NCBI GenBank assembly: GCA_048617235.1
Contig: JBMCHT010000003.1
Coordinates: 81,958-145,957 of the forward strand
Length of the DNA: 64,000 nt
Origin: Patescibacteria group bacterium
Lineage (GTDB): Bacteria; Patescibacteriota; Minisyncoccia; Phycocordibacterales; XYD1-FULL-46-19
Reading direction: 5' to 3'
Positions 8,258 through 17,544 of this stretch are shown piece by piece. Within the stretch, counting starts at the first letter, position 1. Each line of letters starts with the position of its first letter. The notes under the pieces are model-generated. The model had not been told where the DNA came from. It saw nothing but the letters and a program-made list of their open reading frames with translations, and ran no database searches. A program made the translations under genes and the position numbers.

Positions 8258-9616
8258 ATGACAGATACAAAAAACAATTCAGCCGATGAATCAACTGAAA
8301 AGTCCGAGGAGGTGAAAAAAACAGACGACAATTCCGAAAGTAAACAAGTGCCTACAGCAAAAACAGAGACTGAAGAAAAACCCAACCCCACTGATCAAAC
8401 AGAGGGGATGGCTTCAGTTACAGAAACAACAACCCCAGCAGACGACAATAAAAAAGAACAAGCAGAAAATAAAATATCGGAAGAAGATGTAAGCACCTTA
8501 CCCGACCAAGACTTGCAAGAAAAAATCAGATTGGCTCGATTGGCTATGGAAGGACCAGAAAGAACCGCCAAAAGAGAAAGAGAAGAAAGTAAAAGAAAAA
8601 TTGAAAAAGAAAAACAAGAACTGGAAACCAAACTGATTAAAATAAATAAAGAAAAGGAATCTCTGGAAATATCTTGGGTAGTCTTAGATAATAAGAGGAG
8701 CGATTTTCAAGAACTGTTAAAGCCGGTTAAAGAAGAAGAAGAAAGCTTGGAGTTGAAAGAAGAAAAAATAGAAAATGAAGAAAGAACAGCCGTTGGTGCC
8801 AAAAACAGACAAGCAGTTGAAAAGAAGCGTTGGGCCGTTCAAGACAAAAGAAAGGAAATAGAAAAAAAGAAATGGGTGATTGAAGATAAAATATTAGAAA
8901 CCGAACAAGCTTTGGAAAAAAATACCAAAGCTTATCAAGAGTTATTAGATCAAGAAGAAAAAATTCAAGATCAATTAAATAATTTAGAAAAAGAAGAATT
9001 AATTTTAGTAGAAGAAATAAAAACAGAAGAAGAAGAAAACAAAAGAGCCGAATTGGCTCGCTTGGAATCAGAAGAAAAAAGGCGCAGAGAAACAGTAAGT
9101 CAATACCAAACCGAGAGTGAAGTTAAAAAACAAGAAGAATTAAAAACCGAAGCCGAAGCCGAAGCTCAAAAGAGAAAAGAAAAAGAGGCCAAACAAAAAG
9201 CCGAAACCGAAGCTCAAAAGAGAGAAGAGGAGGAAGCTAAGAAAAAAGCCGAAGCCGAAGCTCAAAAGAGAAAAGAAGAAGAGGCCAAACAAAAAGCCGA
9301 AACCGAAGCTCAAAAGAGAGAAGAGGAAAGAAAACAAAAAATGGAAGAAATGCGGAAGCGAGCCGAAAAAGAGATGAAAAGACAAGAAGCAGCTCGTCTG
9401 ACAACCGAGGCCAAAAGACAAAGTCAGATATCAGATAAGAGACCGGCTGCTCCGGCGCCACCGCCACAACAACCACCGCCACAACCAACCACCGCCTCTT
9501 CTACTCCAGAAGAGAAACCAGAAGATAAAAAAGAAAAAACAAATTCCGAAAAAGAATTGCCAAAAATGAGGACTATGCAATCGGATATGGATAAAGCCAA
9601 GCACTTAAATTCTTAG
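8258..9616 (+). CDS. Glu/Lys-rich coiled-coil protein with 16-aa tandem repeats and a Pro-rich C-terminus (hypothetical)
   Basis: Low-complexity charged sequence. Repeats KAE(T/A)EAQKR(K/E)EEEAK(Q/K)K x4, then PAAPAPPPQQPPPQP. No TM segment. Confidence 0.5.
   Translation: MTDTKNNSADESTEKSEEVKKTDDNSESKQVPTAKTETEEKPNPTDQTEGMASVTETTTPADDNKKEQAENKISEEDVSTLPDQDLQEKIRLARLAMEGPERTAKREREESKRKIEKEKQELETKLIKINKEKESLEISWVVLDNKRSDFQELLKPVKEEEESLELKEEKIENEERTAVGAKNRQAVEKKRWAVQDKRKEIEKKKWVIEDKILETEQALEKNTKAYQELLDQEEKIQDQLNNLEKEELILVEEIKTEEEENKRAELARLESEEKRRRETVSQYQTESEVKKQEELKTEAEAEAQKRKEKEAKQKAETEAQKREEEEAKKKAEAEAQKRKEEEAKQKAETEAQKREEERKQKMEEMRKRAEKEMKRQEAARLTTEAKRQSQISDKRPAAPAPPPQQPPPQPTTASSTPEEKPEDKKEKTNSEKELPKMRTMQSDMDKAKHLNS
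9152..9343 (+). repeat. in-frame tandem repeat, 48-nt unit in two alternating variants (96-nt higher-order unit x2)
   Basis: gccgaagccgaagctcaaaagagaaaagaa... recurs at 9152, 9200, 9248 and 9296. Confidence 0.8.
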
Positions 9617-9624
9617 TTTTTAAT

Positions 9625-11178
9625 ATGGATAAATCTGACTTAAATGACAGTCAAATTGAAGCCAGATTAGCTGCCGCTCGCACAGCTATGGGAGGTAATC
9701 GTTTGCTAAAAAAACAAGAAGCTAAAGAAAAAGACTGGGAAGAAAAAAGAAAGCTGGCGGCTTTGAGTATGGCCGGTCCGGCCTATAGAAAAAAACAAAA
9801 ACAAAAAGAGGCAGAATTACAAAAAAGAAGAGGTGAGGCTCGAGCGGCTATGATTGGAACAGACAAAATAATTAAACAAAAACAAAAAGAATCAACTTTA
9901 GAAAAATTAAAAGCATTAAGAAAAAAAGAAAAAGAAAAAAATCAACAAAAAAAAGTAAAATCAGATACCCCGACACAAGAACCGATAAATGATAAACTTG
10001 ACTCCGAAAAAAAAGAAAAGCTACAAATCAAATCGGATCCAGAAAAAGAAAAAGTTAAACAAGAAGCCCAAAAATTAATTAAAAAATTATCAAAAAATCC
10101 GGAAAGCGATCTAAAGCCTTATCGAACCCTGGAAACAGATACCTATTCTTCTGTTATTAAAAATAAATTATCAGCCGCCGATATCTCCATGACTGAAACG
10201 AAAAAAAGAGAAAGGGGAGCAGATCCTGAAACCAAACTGCCAACCAAATCCAGATTGATTCGATCTTTAGTCATAGTGTTTGTCGGTTTATTAACCCTTA
10301 GTGGAGCCGGCTTAGGGTTTTTCATTTACTGGCAATACCAGCAACCAGAAGAAAATATAAACATAAATGAAAACGGTCTCTTACCGGCAGATAAAAATAT
10401 CGCCCTAGATACTACTAACAAAAACCGGGATCAAATAATTAAAGAAATAACAACAATAACTACCAGACCAGGTTTAAATCATATTTATTTTATCTATCAA
10501 GCAGGACCGGAATCAAGACCAACCAGAGCCGGCCTTTCTGTTGTTAATAATATTATCGACTTAAATTGGCCCGATAATTTTACCAGATTCTTAACTGAAA
10601 ACTTTATGTTGGGGCAATTAACTGAAAACTCAACCGAAGGATTTTTTATTCTTTTACAGTCAAGATCAATAAATCACACTTTTGAAAATTTACTCAATTC
10701 CGGAAAAGAATTAACAGCTGAATTTTGGAATACTTTAGATATTACCTGGCCCGAAAACGAATTGGAATCCGGTCAGTTTGAAGATGTTTTAATATCCAAT
10801 ATAAATGTCAGACACTGGGTTAATACCGTCGAAACAGACAACCTTTCAAATGAAACCAATGAAACAGAGACAGATACAGATACACAAGAAACAGATACAG
10901 ATACACAAGAAACAGATACAGATACAGATACACAAGAAACAGAGACAGATACAGATACACAAGAAACAGATACAGATACAGATACACAAGAAACAGATAC
11001 AGATACAGATACACAAGAAACAGATACAGATACAGATACACAAACAGAAACTAATCCAACAAATACTACTAAAATTAACGGTCCGGCTTATGCTATTTTA
11101 GATGCTCACACCATAGCTATTACCGAAAACTTGGAAACCATGCGTTTGTTAATAGAAATTAAACAAAGTGGTAACTAA
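9625..11178 (+). CDS. single-pass membrane protein with a Lys-rich cytoplasmic N-domain, an extracytoplasmic domain and a C-terminal (E-T-D-T-D-T-Q)n repeat tail (hypothetical)
   Basis: TM segment LIRSLVIVFVGLLTLSGAGLGFFIYW at ~aa 215-240. C-terminal repeats TDTDTQETDTDTQ... Shares an A-x-x-A-M-x-G-P motif with the upstream protein. Confidence 0.5.
   Translation: MDKSDLNDSQIEARLAAARTAMGGNRLLKKQEAKEKDWEEKRKLAALSMAGPAYRKKQKQKEAELQKRRGEARAAMIGTDKIIKQKQKESTLEKLKALRKKEKEKNQQKKVKSDTPTQEPINDKLDSEKKEKLQIKSDPEKEKVKQEAQKLIKKLSKNPESDLKPYRTLETDTYSSVIKNKLSAADISMTETKKRERGADPETKLPTKSRLIRSLVIVFVGLLTLSGAGLGFFIYWQYQQPEENININENGLLPADKNIALDTTNKNRDQIIKEITTITTRPGLNHIYFIYQAGPESRPTRAGLSVVNNIIDLNWPDNFTRFLTENFMLGQLTENSTEGFFILLQSRSINHTFENLLNSGKELTAEFWNTLDITWPENELESGQFEDVLISNINVRHWVNTVETDNLSNETNETETDTDTQETDTDTQETDTDTDTQETETDTDTQETDTDTDTQETDTDTDTQETDTDTDTQTETNPTNTTKINGPAYAILDAHTIAITENLETMRLLIEIKQSGN
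10861..11045 (+). repeat. in-frame tandem repeat (unit gaaacagatacagatacacaa, 21 nt with gataca insertions) encoding (ETDTDTQ)n
   Basis: Direct reading of the sequence. About 8 units with variable numbers of TD dipeptides. Confidence 0.85.
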
Positions 11179-11227
11179 TCTCTCTTCCTCTTGTATTCCG
11201 GCTGAGAAACAGTTATGATGAATTTAT

Positions 11228-11599
11228 ATGGATACAAACAAATTCAAACAAATGCTGGAGACAGAAAAAAAATTATTGGAGTCGGAATTGGAAAATATAG
11301 GGATTAAAAATCCAGATAATTCAGAAGACTGGCAAGCAGTACCTTCAGAAAGAGGTGAAGTGGATACTCGTGATGAAATCGCTGTCCGGTTTGATAGTTT
11401 TGAGGAAAAGCAAGCCGCCGAGAGATCATTAGAAAAAAGATGGCGCAAAGTTAAGTTAGCTTTAGAAAAGATAGAAAAAGGAGAATACGGTATTTGCGAA
11501 ATTAGTGGCCAGCCCATAGAAGAAGACAGACTGGGAGCTAATCCGGCTGCTCGAACCAATAAAGCCAATATGGACAAGGAGGAAGAATTACTTATCTAA
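11228..11599 (+). CDS. DksA/TraR-family protein with a degenerate (Cys-less) zinc finger
   Basis: N-terminal coiled-coil. C-terminal EKIEKGEYGICEISGQPIEEDRLGANPAARTNKAN aligns to the DksA/TraR C4 finger, but only 1 of 4 Cys is retained. Confidence 0.5.
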   Translation: MDTNKFKQMLETEKKLLESELENIGIKNPDNSEDWQAVPSERGEVDTRDEIAVRFDSFEEKQAAERSLEKRWRKVKLALEKIEKGEYGICEISGQPIEEDRLGANPAARTNKANMDKEEELLI

Positions 11600-11614
11600 A
11601 ACAAGAAATTAATT

Positions 11615-13159
11615 ATGCATACCAGTTTGAATGCTATTCAATTATTAGGATTGAAGGCCAAACCGGTAGAAGTGGAAGTAGATATCAGGCCGGGCTTACC
11701 GGCCTTTAGTATTATCGGTTTACCTGATCGTTCAATGGAAGAAGCTCGGGATCGTATTATGGCCGCCTTAACCAACACTGGTTTTAAATCACCTAATCAT
11801 CTTAATCAAAAAATAACTGTATCTTTAGCTCCGGCTGATGTTAAAAAAACCGGCAGTCATTTAGATACAGCTATCGCGATTGGTTTATTAATAGCCGAAA
11901 AACAAATTCCAGACATTAACGTAAAAGAAAAAATATTTATTGGAGAACTAGGTTTAAATGGCAATCTTAAAAGAACTACTGGAGTTCTACCTTTAGTCAA
12001 AGCGGCAGCTGATCTTGGTTTTAAAGAAATTTATATTCCGGAAGCCAATGCCGAAGAAGCTTCTCTGGTTAGAAAAATAAAAATTTTACCTGTTAAAAAT
12101 CTCCGTCAACTACTTTATCATCTAAAAGAGCCGGCGGCTTTTACTATCTCTCCATTACCGGTTTACAAAAAAACCAAAACTGAAAATTATTCAACTATAA
12201 CCTTAGACGATATCGTTGGCCAACAACCGGCCAAAAGAGCGGTTTTGATTGCGGCTTCCGGTGGTCATCATCTGGCTCTTTTTGGACCACCGGGAGCCGG
12301 TAAAACTTTATTAGCCAAAGCCTTAACCGGTTTATTACCAACTCCGGATTTAAACGATACAGCTGAAATCACTACCGTTTATTCAGCCGCCGGCTTATCT
12401 CAAGGTCAAATAATAAAAGACAGACCTTTTCGTTGCCCTCATCACACCGCCAGCTCGCCGGCCATCACCGGTGGCGGTAATATTCCTAAACCTGGAGAAA
12501 TCACTCTGGCACACAAAGGAGTTTTATTTATGGATGAATTTACCGAGTTTGATCAAAAAATTTTAGAAGCGTTACGCGAACCCTTGGAAACTAAAAATGT
12601 TACTGTAGCTCGCTCTCGTTACTCCGCCACTTTTCCGGCAAATTTTATTTTAGTAGCCGCTTTCAATCCTTGTCCTTGTGGCCACCGCTTATCTGAAACC
12701 AAACCCTGCACTTGCTCTCCGGCCACTCTTTATCGTTACGATAAAAAAATATCCGGACCTATAATCGACCGTTTAGATTTGTGGACTTATTTACCACCGG
12801 TTCCTATTAAACAATTGGCAAAAAGTAAAAAAGATGATCATCACCAAGAACAAACAGAAGCTAAATTAAAAATTAAAAAAGCCAGAGACTGTCAAAAACA
12901 AAGATTTATCTCTAATAAAAATCTAAAACTAAATGCGGACTTAGAACCAAATAATTTAGAACAATATGCTAAAATGACACCTAAAACCAAAGTCAACCTA
13001 ACCCAAGCAGCTGAAAAGTTAGAATTATCAGCCCGGGTTTATCATAAATTGATAAAAATTGCCCGAACCATAGCCGATTTGGAAGAATCAGATAAAATTA
13101 AACCGGAACACATGATGGAAGCTCTTCAATATCGTCACACTACCATAAATAGTCGCTAG
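11615..13159 (+). CDS. YifB/ComM family Mg-chelatase-like AAA+ ATPase
   Basis: N-terminal Lon-protease-like domain, Walker A GPPGAGKT, Walker B VLFMDEF, C-terminal Mg_chelatase_C region. Confidence 0.85.
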   Translation: MHTSLNAIQLLGLKAKPVEVEVDIRPGLPAFSIIGLPDRSMEEARDRIMAALTNTGFKSPNHLNQKITVSLAPADVKKTGSHLDTAIAIGLLIAEKQIPDINVKEKIFIGELGLNGNLKRTTGVLPLVKAAADLGFKEIYIPEANAEEASLVRKIKILPVKNLRQLLYHLKEPAAFTISPLPVYKKTKTENYSTITLDDIVGQQPAKRAVLIAASGGHHLALFGPPGAGKTLLAKALTGLLPTPDLNDTAEITTVYSAAGLSQGQIIKDRPFRCPHHTASSPAITGGGNIPKPGEITLAHKGVLFMDEFTEFDQKILEALREPLETKNVTVARSRYSATFPANFILVAAFNPCPCGHRLSETKPCTCSPATLYRYDKKISGPIIDRLDLWTYLPPVPIKQLAKSKKDDHHQEQTEAKLKIKKARDCQKQRFISNKNLKLNADLEPNNLEQYAKMTPKTKVNLTQAAEKLELSARVYHKLIKIARTIADLEESDKIKPEHMMEALQYRHTTINSR

Positions 13160-13161
13160 AA

Positions 13162-13869
13162 TTAAAAATGACGAACCGGGGTTTCTTTTATTAAAGAAAT
13201 AGCCTCATCTAAATTATCAGTTATATAATAAATTTTACGATTTTCTTGATAAATGGTTTTATATTTTTCTTCCAAAATTTCTTTAATGAAATTATCCAAA
13301 GGTTGCCAGTAATCAAGACCTATTAATATTATCGGTACAGGCGAAATTTTATGGGTTTGGATTAAAGTTATAATCTCAAAAAACTCATCCAAAGTACCAA
13401 AACCACCCGGAAAATAAACAAAGGCTTCAGCTGAAAAAGTCAAACAAACCTTACGACTAAAAAAATAATAAAAATCAACATTGTCTTTAACATAAGGATT
13501 AGTCACTTGTTCATGGGGTAATTCAATTGAAAAACCAACCGATTGACCTCCGGCTTCGTAAGCACCCCGATTAGCTCCCTCCATAATACCCGGACCACCT
13601 CCGGTTACCACAGAAAAACTTTCAATTGCTAATTTAAAAGCTAAATCTTTAGCTTGTTGATAATACTTATTATTTTCATCAAAACGGGCTGATCCAAAAA
13701 AGGTAACTGACTTAGGATGTCTGGCCACTAAATGCAATCCGTCCTTAAAATCACTTTGAATTACACCTAAACGACGCTCAATATCTTCCAATATTTCTTC
13801 TTTAATTAAAGGCTTTATTGGTAATTCCACCTCCGGTATATTAACCACCGGTTTTTTATCATCAGACAT
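13162..13869 (-). CDS. LOG family (TIGR00730) Rossmann-fold nucleotide-binding protein
   Basis: GGGPGIMEGANRGAYEAGGQSVGF...PGGFGTLDEFFE motifs are characteristic of LOG/YvdD. Confidence 0.8.
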   Translation of the reverse strand: MSDDKKPVVNIPEVELPIKPLIKEEILEDIERRLGVIQSDFKDGLHLVARHPKSVTFFGSARFDENNKYYQQAKDLAFKLAIESFSVVTGGGPGIMEGANRGAYEAGGQSVGFSIELPHEQVTNPYVKDNVDFYYFFSRKVCLTFSAEAFVYFPGGFGTLDEFFEIITLIQTHKISPVPIILIGLDYWQPLDNFIKEILEEKYKTIYQENRKIYYITDNLDEAISLIKETPVRHF

Positions 13870-13937
13870 ATAAATAAAAAATTAATCGATTAAGTTTTTA
13901 CACTTTAACATAAATCAATTAATTAAAGTAGATTTTA

Positions 13938-14906
13938 TTAAAAAGGATTAGTAGCCCCTCTGACTTCAAAATGAAGGTGGGGACCGGTAGAACGGCCGGT
14001 GGAACCCATTAAACCAATAACTTGACCTTGACTAACTTGCTGACCAACAGAAACCGAATTACGACTCAAATGAGAATACAAAGTTTGGGTACCGTTGGAA
14101 TGACTGATAACAACATAATTACCATAACCTCCATTCCAACCACCGACCTGACTAACCGTTACCCGACCGGCAGCGGCGGCATAAATTTCCGCTCCTTGAG
14201 CTGAAGCCAAGTCTACCGCATTATAACCATGTAAACCTTGAGTTTTAACTCCACCGGCTATTGGCCTCATATAGTAACCACTGCTTGTTTCTTGCCCAAC
14301 GGCAACCTTTGATTGAGTAGTTGATTGAGATGAAGTTGGAATTTGACCACCGGGAATAATTATTTCCATCCCTATTTCCAATTCTTTTTCGGAAAGTAAA
14401 TTATTATAGCTTAAAATTTCTGCCGCATCACCTTCGTATTTTTTCGCTAATTTATCAAGAGTATCTTCGGGTTTTATTTTATGTTTAACCCCGGAAATAG
14501 GTAAAATTACCAGAGTTTGACCTTCTTTTATTAAATCACCTCGACTGATATCATTAGCCCAAACAATAGTATTAACCGAGACTGAAAACATTTCTGCCAC
14601 TTGAGATAAAGTATCTTCTGCTTGAACCACATAAATACTTATTTCTCCACCCTCCTCTCCTTCTAAAACCTCCTTAACTAAACCGGCCGGACCCACTTCA
14701 GATACTAAAGCATTATCCATATTTTTTACCTCAGCCCCACCTAAAGCAGCTCCGATATCAAAATTGGGAGTAGATTCCAATAAAGACATCGTTTGGATAT
14801 TGTTAATATTTTTTCTGTTTTTTAAACCATTATTTGTTTGTTCGGCTGACTGAGCAGCCTCCACTGAGCCATGCAAAAACAACGCCAAGGTTAAAAACAA
14901 AACCAA
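13938..14906 (-). CDS. LysM-domain M23 family peptidoglycan endopeptidase (secreted)
   Basis: Signal peptide. LysM segments (DTLSQVAEMF, DTLDKLAKKY). M23 active-site block GYGNYVVISHSNGTQTLYSHLS...GSTGRSTGPHLHFEV. Confidence 0.8.
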   Translation of the reverse strand: MVLFLTLALFLHGSVEAAQSAEQTNNGLKNRKNINNIQTMSLLESTPNFDIGAALGGAEVKNMDNALVSEVGPAGLVKEVLEGEEGGEISIYVVQAEDTLSQVAEMFSVSVNTIVWANDISRGDLIKEGQTLVILPISGVKHKIKPEDTLDKLAKKYEGDAAEILSYNNLLSEKELEIGMEIIIPGGQIPTSSQSTTQSKVAVGQETSSGYYMRPIAGGVKTQGLHGYNAVDLASAQGAEIYAAAAGRVTVSQVGGWNGGYGNYVVISHSNGTQTLYSHLSRNSVSVGQQVSQGQVIGLMGSTGRSTGPHLHFEVRGATNPF

Positions 14907-15174
14907 AGATAAAATAATTCGATTTAAGTTCTTTATGTCCGATACCCGAACACTACCACCCGGGTCATCATCTTGGATTTTAAGTAAAATAAGCCTTAAA
15001 AATAATATTATAATACAAAACTCTCCATTTCAACCTTATTTTTAGCCATTTATGACTAAAAAGTCATCATCATTATCCTGCTACTGACAATAGAATTGTA
15101 ATCAACTATTTTTAAAAAAGCAACCTAAAAAAGTCTATCTGTGGATAATTTTTTAGACTCTAAAATTACTTATT

Positions 15175-17544
15175 TTACTGACGCATTCGTTTGAAAATCT
15201 CCTCCTCCACTTCTTGAAGATCGCGACCATAAGTTAAACGAGATAATTCTTTCAATTGATTTTTAAGCTGGTCATTCCCGGCTTGCACGGTAGCGGTTTT
15301 TATATTAAAAGGTTTAGCCGGTTCACCATTGATTAACATTTTTATAAAAGCATGTCTGTTTTCAACCGACAATAAATCATTCTCGGTAAAGGTTGAACCA
15401 TAATGTTTAAGTAGAGTCTCGGTATCAGTTGGGCCAACTCTGAAAGCGGCCATAGATCCCACATTACCCATAACGGATTCTCTAATACCATCTGTTAATT
15501 GAGAAATATACTGATGAGCTAAAATTAAATTTAATTTATACTTTCTGGCTTCAGATAAAATAGTAGAAATGGAATCAGTAGTAAAATTCTGAAACTCATC
15601 TATATATAAATAAAAATCTCTTCTGGTTTTTTCATCAGCATCGGCTCGAGATAAAGCTGCTTGCAATATTTTACCGGTAATAATCATACCCAAAAGAGAA
15701 GCATTAAGATCACCAATTCGGCCTTTAGATAAATTAACCAATAAAATTTTACCTTCATCCATAACCTCCCTGAAATTGAAAGCTGATTTAGCTTGCCCAA
15801 TAATCGGTCTAACATAATCATTAGCTATAAAACTACCAAATTTAGAAGTAACATAAGGAGAAACATTGGCTAAAGACTGATCGCCGGTAGTTTGAGAAGC
15901 CTCTTTTTCCCAAAAATTAACCACCGAGGGATTGGCACATCTGGCTAATTTTCGAGCTCGATACTCTTCATCAGTAAAAACTCGAGGAATATCGGCTAAG
16001 GTGCCCGGTTCATGTTTGGCATCTTCCATTAACAACAAAAGAGCGTTACGCATAAATAGTTGGAAAACCGGACCCAAGCCTTCCGGTTGTTTTTCATATA
16101 AACGATTCAAAATAGATTGAACCTCATCTACAATAAAAGTCTTCTCCTCCGGTCGCTCCAGGTTATATTCCAGCATATTCATACCCAAAGGCCGAGAAAC
16201 ATCACCCGGATCAAAAACAATCACATCTTCCGCCCGATCTGAAGGCACTCTTTCCAAAATATCGCTAACAACATCACCATGAGGATCAATCACACATAAA
16301 CCTTTCCCATTATTAATATCCTGAACCGCCTGGTTTAAAATAAAAAAAGATTTACCGGTACCGGTTTGACCAATAATATAAAAATGACGCCGCCTGTCTT
16401 CATCAGCTAAATAAACCGGCCTTTTTTGGCCTCTAAATTGATTTTCTCCCAATAATAAACCGGAAGTCGGCAAATCATCCGGAGCCGCCACTTCTTTAGT
16501 TTTAAACCATTTAATAAAAGGAATATCGGTAGAAACGGTGGGAAAATGAAATAAACTGGCCACTTCTTCACTGTTTAATAGTATACCTTGTTCTTCTTTA
16601 AATTCTCTAAAAATATAGTGATTAATCAATTTTCGCAAACGAGAGGGTTTAACTGCTCTTAGTTTATTGCGAACCGGTGAAGATAATTGAGTAAAAGCCC
16701 CGACTGCCGACATTAAATTATCTTGAACTCGGTAATTATCGGTTGAAGCGGCCACCACTCTTATATTAGCTTGGAATAAAGTCTTAGATTGCTTATTATT
16801 TATAGCTTCCACTGCTTTATCGTCAATATCTTTAGTTTCAAGCTGATCTTCTCCTTTATTTTGAAAGGATTTTTTCGCTTCTTTAGCAAAAGTTTTCCAA
16901 CCCCCGGATATATCTTGTAAACTTTTACCTTGACGTAATTCTTTTAAAACCGATTCTATTCTCTTTTTAATTCCGGCGGGTGGGGAATTCAAGATTATTT
17001 GTATAGCCAGACCCTCTCCGGTTTCCGCCAACTTAGATAAAGCTCCCAAAATGGGGGCGAAAGTGTCCACCTCACTCTCTTTATAAGTTCTCAGAGGTAA
17101 AATATCCGGTTGTTCAAATTCTAAATAAGCGGCCTCTTGGTGGCCATGATCAGCAAAAATAGTATAATCTCCGGAAATATCCACTTGAGATTCCGGAAAT
17201 AAACTTTGAATCTGTCTAATAGTAAAATCCACCTGCAATCTGGGAACCGCCAAATAAAAATATATCTCCTGACCAAAATTATGAACAGCTGTCTCTAAAG
17301 CTATTGGTTCTTTAATATTTGATAAAGCCGATAATAATTGTTCAAAACGATTAATCTCTTCTAAAAAATTATTCTCTTGCTTGTCGCCGGTAGATTGTTG
17401 GGGCATATAAACAGACAATAAAGACAAATGCCAAGCCGGGTTTTTTTTAATTTTATTTTTTCGCCACCACATAAGACCAAAAATTATTACCAATAACAAT
17501 AAACCGACGACAACAATTGCAAATAAAAAGAGTAAATCTATCAT
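15175..17544 (-). CDS. VirD4/TraG/TraD-like type IV coupling-protein-family ATPase (membrane-anchored)
   Basis: N-terminal TM helix. P-loop YIIGQTGTGKSF. A DEF Walker B region (LYIDEFQNF). Size and architecture match T4SS coupling proteins or DNA translocases. Confidence 0.6.
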   Translation of the reverse strand: MIDLLFLFAIVVVGLLLLVIIFGLMWWRKNKIKKNPAWHLSLLSVYMPQQSTGDKQENNFLEEINRFEQLLSALSNIKEPIALETAVHNFGQEIYFYLAVPRLQVDFTIRQIQSLFPESQVDISGDYTIFADHGHQEAAYLEFEQPDILPLRTYKESEVDTFAPILGALSKLAETGEGLAIQIILNSPPAGIKKRIESVLKELRQGKSLQDISGGWKTFAKEAKKSFQNKGEDQLETKDIDDKAVEAINNKQSKTLFQANIRVVAASTDNYRVQDNLMSAVGAFTQLSSPVRNKLRAVKPSRLRKLINHYIFREFKEEQGILLNSEEVASLFHFPTVSTDIPFIKWFKTKEVAAPDDLPTSGLLLGENQFRGQKRPVYLADEDRRRHFYIIGQTGTGKSFFILNQAVQDINNGKGLCVIDPHGDVVSDILERVPSDRAEDVIVFDPGDVSRPLGMNMLEYNLERPEEKTFIVDEVQSILNRLYEKQPEGLGPVFQLFMRNALLLLMEDAKHEPGTLADIPRVFTDEEYRARKLARCANPSVVNFWEKEASQTTGDQSLANVSPYVTSKFGSFIANDYVRPIIGQAKSAFNFREVMDEGKILLVNLSKGRIGDLNASLLGMIITGKILQAALSRADADEKTRRDFYLYIDEFQNFTTDSISTILSEARKYKLNLILAHQYISQLTDGIRESVMGNVGSMAAFRVGPTDTETLLKHYGSTFTENDLLSVENRHAFIKMLINGEPAKPFNIKTATVQAGNDQLKNQLKELSRLTYGRDLQEVEEEIFKRMRQ

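Noticed and set aside
10861-11045. CRISPR array (regular short repeats)
   Set aside because: Repeats are contiguous 21-27-nt units without unique spacers. They are in-frame within a long ORF and encode (ETDTDTQ)n. This is a coding tandem repeat, not repeat-spacer architecture.
10805-11101. ORFs 10805-11101 (+), 10820-11041 (-), 10846-11043 (-) and 9140-9421 / 9237-9488 (-) from the ORF track
   Set aside because: All lie entirely within in-frame tandem repeats of the real genes (8258 and 9625). Their translations are pure repeat artefacts (MCICICIC…, FLFSLLSFGFG…). Alternate-frame read-through of repeats.
11224-11577. 117-aa ORF on the minus strand
   Set aside because: Completely antisense to the DksA-like ORF, which has recognisable family motifs. 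No motifs of its own.
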